From: Vitrella brassicaformis CCMP3155
Lineage: Eukaryota > Protista > Chromerida
Assembly (NCBI GenBank): GCA_001179505.1
Contig: CDMY01000940.1
Span: 1 to 9,517, forward strand
Length of the DNA stretch: 9,517 bases
Reading direction: 5' to 3'
The position numbers and the translations under genes were made by a program. Within the stretch, counting starts at the first letter, position 1; each line of letters begins with the position of its first letter. A model generated the notes under the pieces. It saw nothing but the letters and a program-made list of their open reading frames with translations, was not told where the DNA came from and did not search any database. Below, piece after piece: positions 7,211 to 9,517 of this stretch.

Positions 7211-9517
7211 CTATATTTTCGTCTTGGTCCTCACGTGATTTGTGCAAGTCTGCAAACAAGCCACGAGCAAATCGAGAGATCGTGAAGAGAAGTCTGTCTT
7301 TCTCACTCGCAAGTGGTCAACTTTAAGGGTTGAAATCGGCGACTCGTCGTCGTACGCTAGCCCGTACCCAATCGGCAGCATCAGATTACTGAAGGGCGGA
7401 TCATCCCCATGGGTGCCATTGTACTGCGTAGTCAGACACGGATCCAATGGCCACTGAAATGACAACTTGCCCACGAAGTCGTTCTTCCCGAAGAGCACGT
7501 CTGCCACCCCGCCACCTTGTGTCCCAGGTAGCCACGCCGCGATGAAGGCATCGCTCAGGTTCATCTCTTCGTTCATGTAGAGCGGGCGGCCCGAGCACAA
7601 GATGGTCACGATGGTCAAAGATGGGTACTTAATCCGGACCTCATTGAGGAATTGTGTCTCGGGAACGCCGACAGCTGACATTCCAAATTCCATCGATGCT
7701 GGCCAGTGCCTGTCACCGAGATACTCTGGTCGCGAAAGAAACATTCATACATGCTGCACATATGTAAGTGTCCAGTCCGTTTTGACCTGAGTATGGGCTT
7801 TCTCCCGTGCAGAAGATGACGCCATCGTAGCTGTTAAGATCGGGAATTTCTCCCTCGCGTATCTGATGGAGGGTTGCCGACCCGCCCCTCTCCGTAGCCT
7901 TCTTGATGCCTTCGTAGATCGATTCACTCTTGCTCCCGAAAAGGTGGTTGGGGTAGTTGGCACTGCCTTGCCTATGAGAGCGATGAGTGTAGGACTGATT
8001 AGCCGGCCAAATGGCCCATAGAGAGCTGTGTGTGGTGATGTTAAGGGCCACGCACTTACCAGTCTTTCGTCCATCCCCCATTCTGCAGGCCGATATTATC
8101 TGCACACCTCCCAGCGACAAGATACTTGCCCGTCGTGGACAGGGGTATAGGTTTGCCTGTCGCTCCTTTGACACCATTCTTGAGCATGACCAGAGACTTC
8201 TGCACAGCTTCTCGTGCCGTCTCGCGATGCTCGGCAGCCTCCAAGACCGACAAGTGTCCTGCGCCAGGCCGCTGCGACGGGGGAGCTCGCTCCTTTATGC
8301 CTGCTGCTCGAAGAGTCGGGGTCGTCATGGCGCCGTAGAGTGCTTTGACTGTGAGAATTCGTCTAACGGAATCGTCAATCTTCTCTGCTGTGATGTCGCC
8401 TTTCTTGGCTGAACTGATCGTATGCTGGAGATACGGCCTCCACTCATTCACAACCATCATTACGTCAACGCCTGTCAAGCGCACCAGAAACCCTTGTAGT
8501 GGTCCTTTTTTTCCATTGCTCTCTGTCTCTTTTTCTTACCTGCTTCGACTGCCTGTTCGCACAGGAACCTCGAGCACCCGTCCACCTCTTCATGCCCCCA
8601 CCAATCACCGACTACCAGCCCGGTGAAGCCCAGGTTCCTTTTTAACATGTCCCTCAGAAGAAATTCATTCCCGTGCGCCTTCACGCCGTTCCACGAATTG
8701 AACGATGCCATGATGGTCTGCACTCCGGCCTGGATGGAGCCGAAGTATGGCGAAAGGTGGGTGTCTTTTAACTCTTGCAGCGTCCCACGAAAGTCTGCCC
8801 GGTCGAGCCCTCCCTCGGTGCCCCCGTCCCCCCCGAAGTGCTTGGCGCACGCCAAGACATTTTTTCCACCGAGAAATGCCGAAGCCGGATCGCCCTGGAG
8901 GCCTGAACAAACGGTTAGATACGAAAGAAGCTGTCTGTGCGAGCCTATCGCTGTACCGACGACCAACTCCGTGGCAAGTCTCTCGACGGTGTCTGGTATC
9001 TGCAAGCACAGACAGCAGCACAAGCGTTCATCCGCACGCACTCGTGAAATGTTTCCTTACATGACTGAACGACTCGTACGTTCTTCCCCACCGCCAGTTC
9101 TGCGCAACTGCATGGCTTGGCGCGAACGCCCAGTCAACGCCCGTGGCCACCATTTCCTTCGCGGTTATCTTGCCAATCCTTCGCATAAGGGCGGAGTCAT
9201 TGGCGCACCCTAAACCGATGTTGTGCGGGAACAATGTCGCCGTGGGGACGTTGCTGTGCCCGTGGACGGCATCGACCCCATGGAGAGGGTGGATGACCGC
9301 GTCGTCAACATCCGTGGTTGCGTTCCAGTAACGATCTGAAAGCCTGACCCACTCTTGTGCTGAGTTGTCACCGATATCGGCGTCGCCACCCTCGTGGTAC
9401 GACCCGATGTAGTTGGCCTTCATGTCGCTAGGGCTTATCCCCCACTGGATAGCCATTGTCATTTGCCCGATCTTTTGTTCGATGGTCATCTGGCCGACAA
9501 CCCGTGCCACTTCGTCT
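7211..9517 (-). CDS. Glycoside hydrolase family 3 beta-glucosidase / exo-beta-1,3(4)-glucanase (barley ExoI / Pseudoalteromonas ExoP-like subgroup); 5'-partial
   Basis: Exons are >9517-9061, 8999-8957, 8902-8540, 8471-8060, 7971-7787 and 7725-7307. A further exon 7249-7211 is likely, but the 3' end is uncertain. Introns of 61, 54, 68, 88 and 61 nt are all GT-AG. Splicing restores the GH3 motifs DAVHGHSNV, FPHNIGLG, RWGRTYESFS, GLQG, AKHFGGDG, VVGDW (nucleophile Asp at 8606-8604), AGVDVMMV, GGWTKDWQG, GESPYSEYLGD (acid/base Glu), AWLPG and GYGL. There are 626 open codons through 7307. Confidence 0.95.

Noticed and set aside
8011-9331. Plus-strand ORFs 8011-8412, 8345-8626, 8623-9213 and 9143-9331
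   Set aside because: Antisense shadows of the intact GH3 exons.

Overview
Intron-rich eukaryotic DNA, GC-rich by eye, with short (about 50-100 nt) GT-AG introns. The style suggests a protist such as a chromerid/apicomplexan-related alveolate, but this is inference and was not tested. Left to right: (1) a 3'-truncated, minus-strand, three-exon secreted protein with a PAN/Apple domain between two furin-like Cys-rich repeats, mostly missed by the ORF track; (2) two head-to-tail, 5'-truncated C-terminal fragments of divergent CRE-like (restriction-like endonuclease) non-LTR retrotransposons; (3) a frameshifted Ty1/copia protease relic on the plus strand; (4) a disrupted multi-exon C-type lectin gene with a QPD motif, followed by unassigned downstream exons; (5) a (TG)n microsatellite and a degenerate 76-90 bp tandem array; (6) a poorly explained stretch with a perfect 13-bp GC hairpin; (7) an apparently intact, multi-exon, bacterial-like GH3 beta-glucosidase/exo-beta-glucanase on the minus strand, 5'-truncated by the window edge. 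No rRNA, tRNA or CRISPR array was seen.
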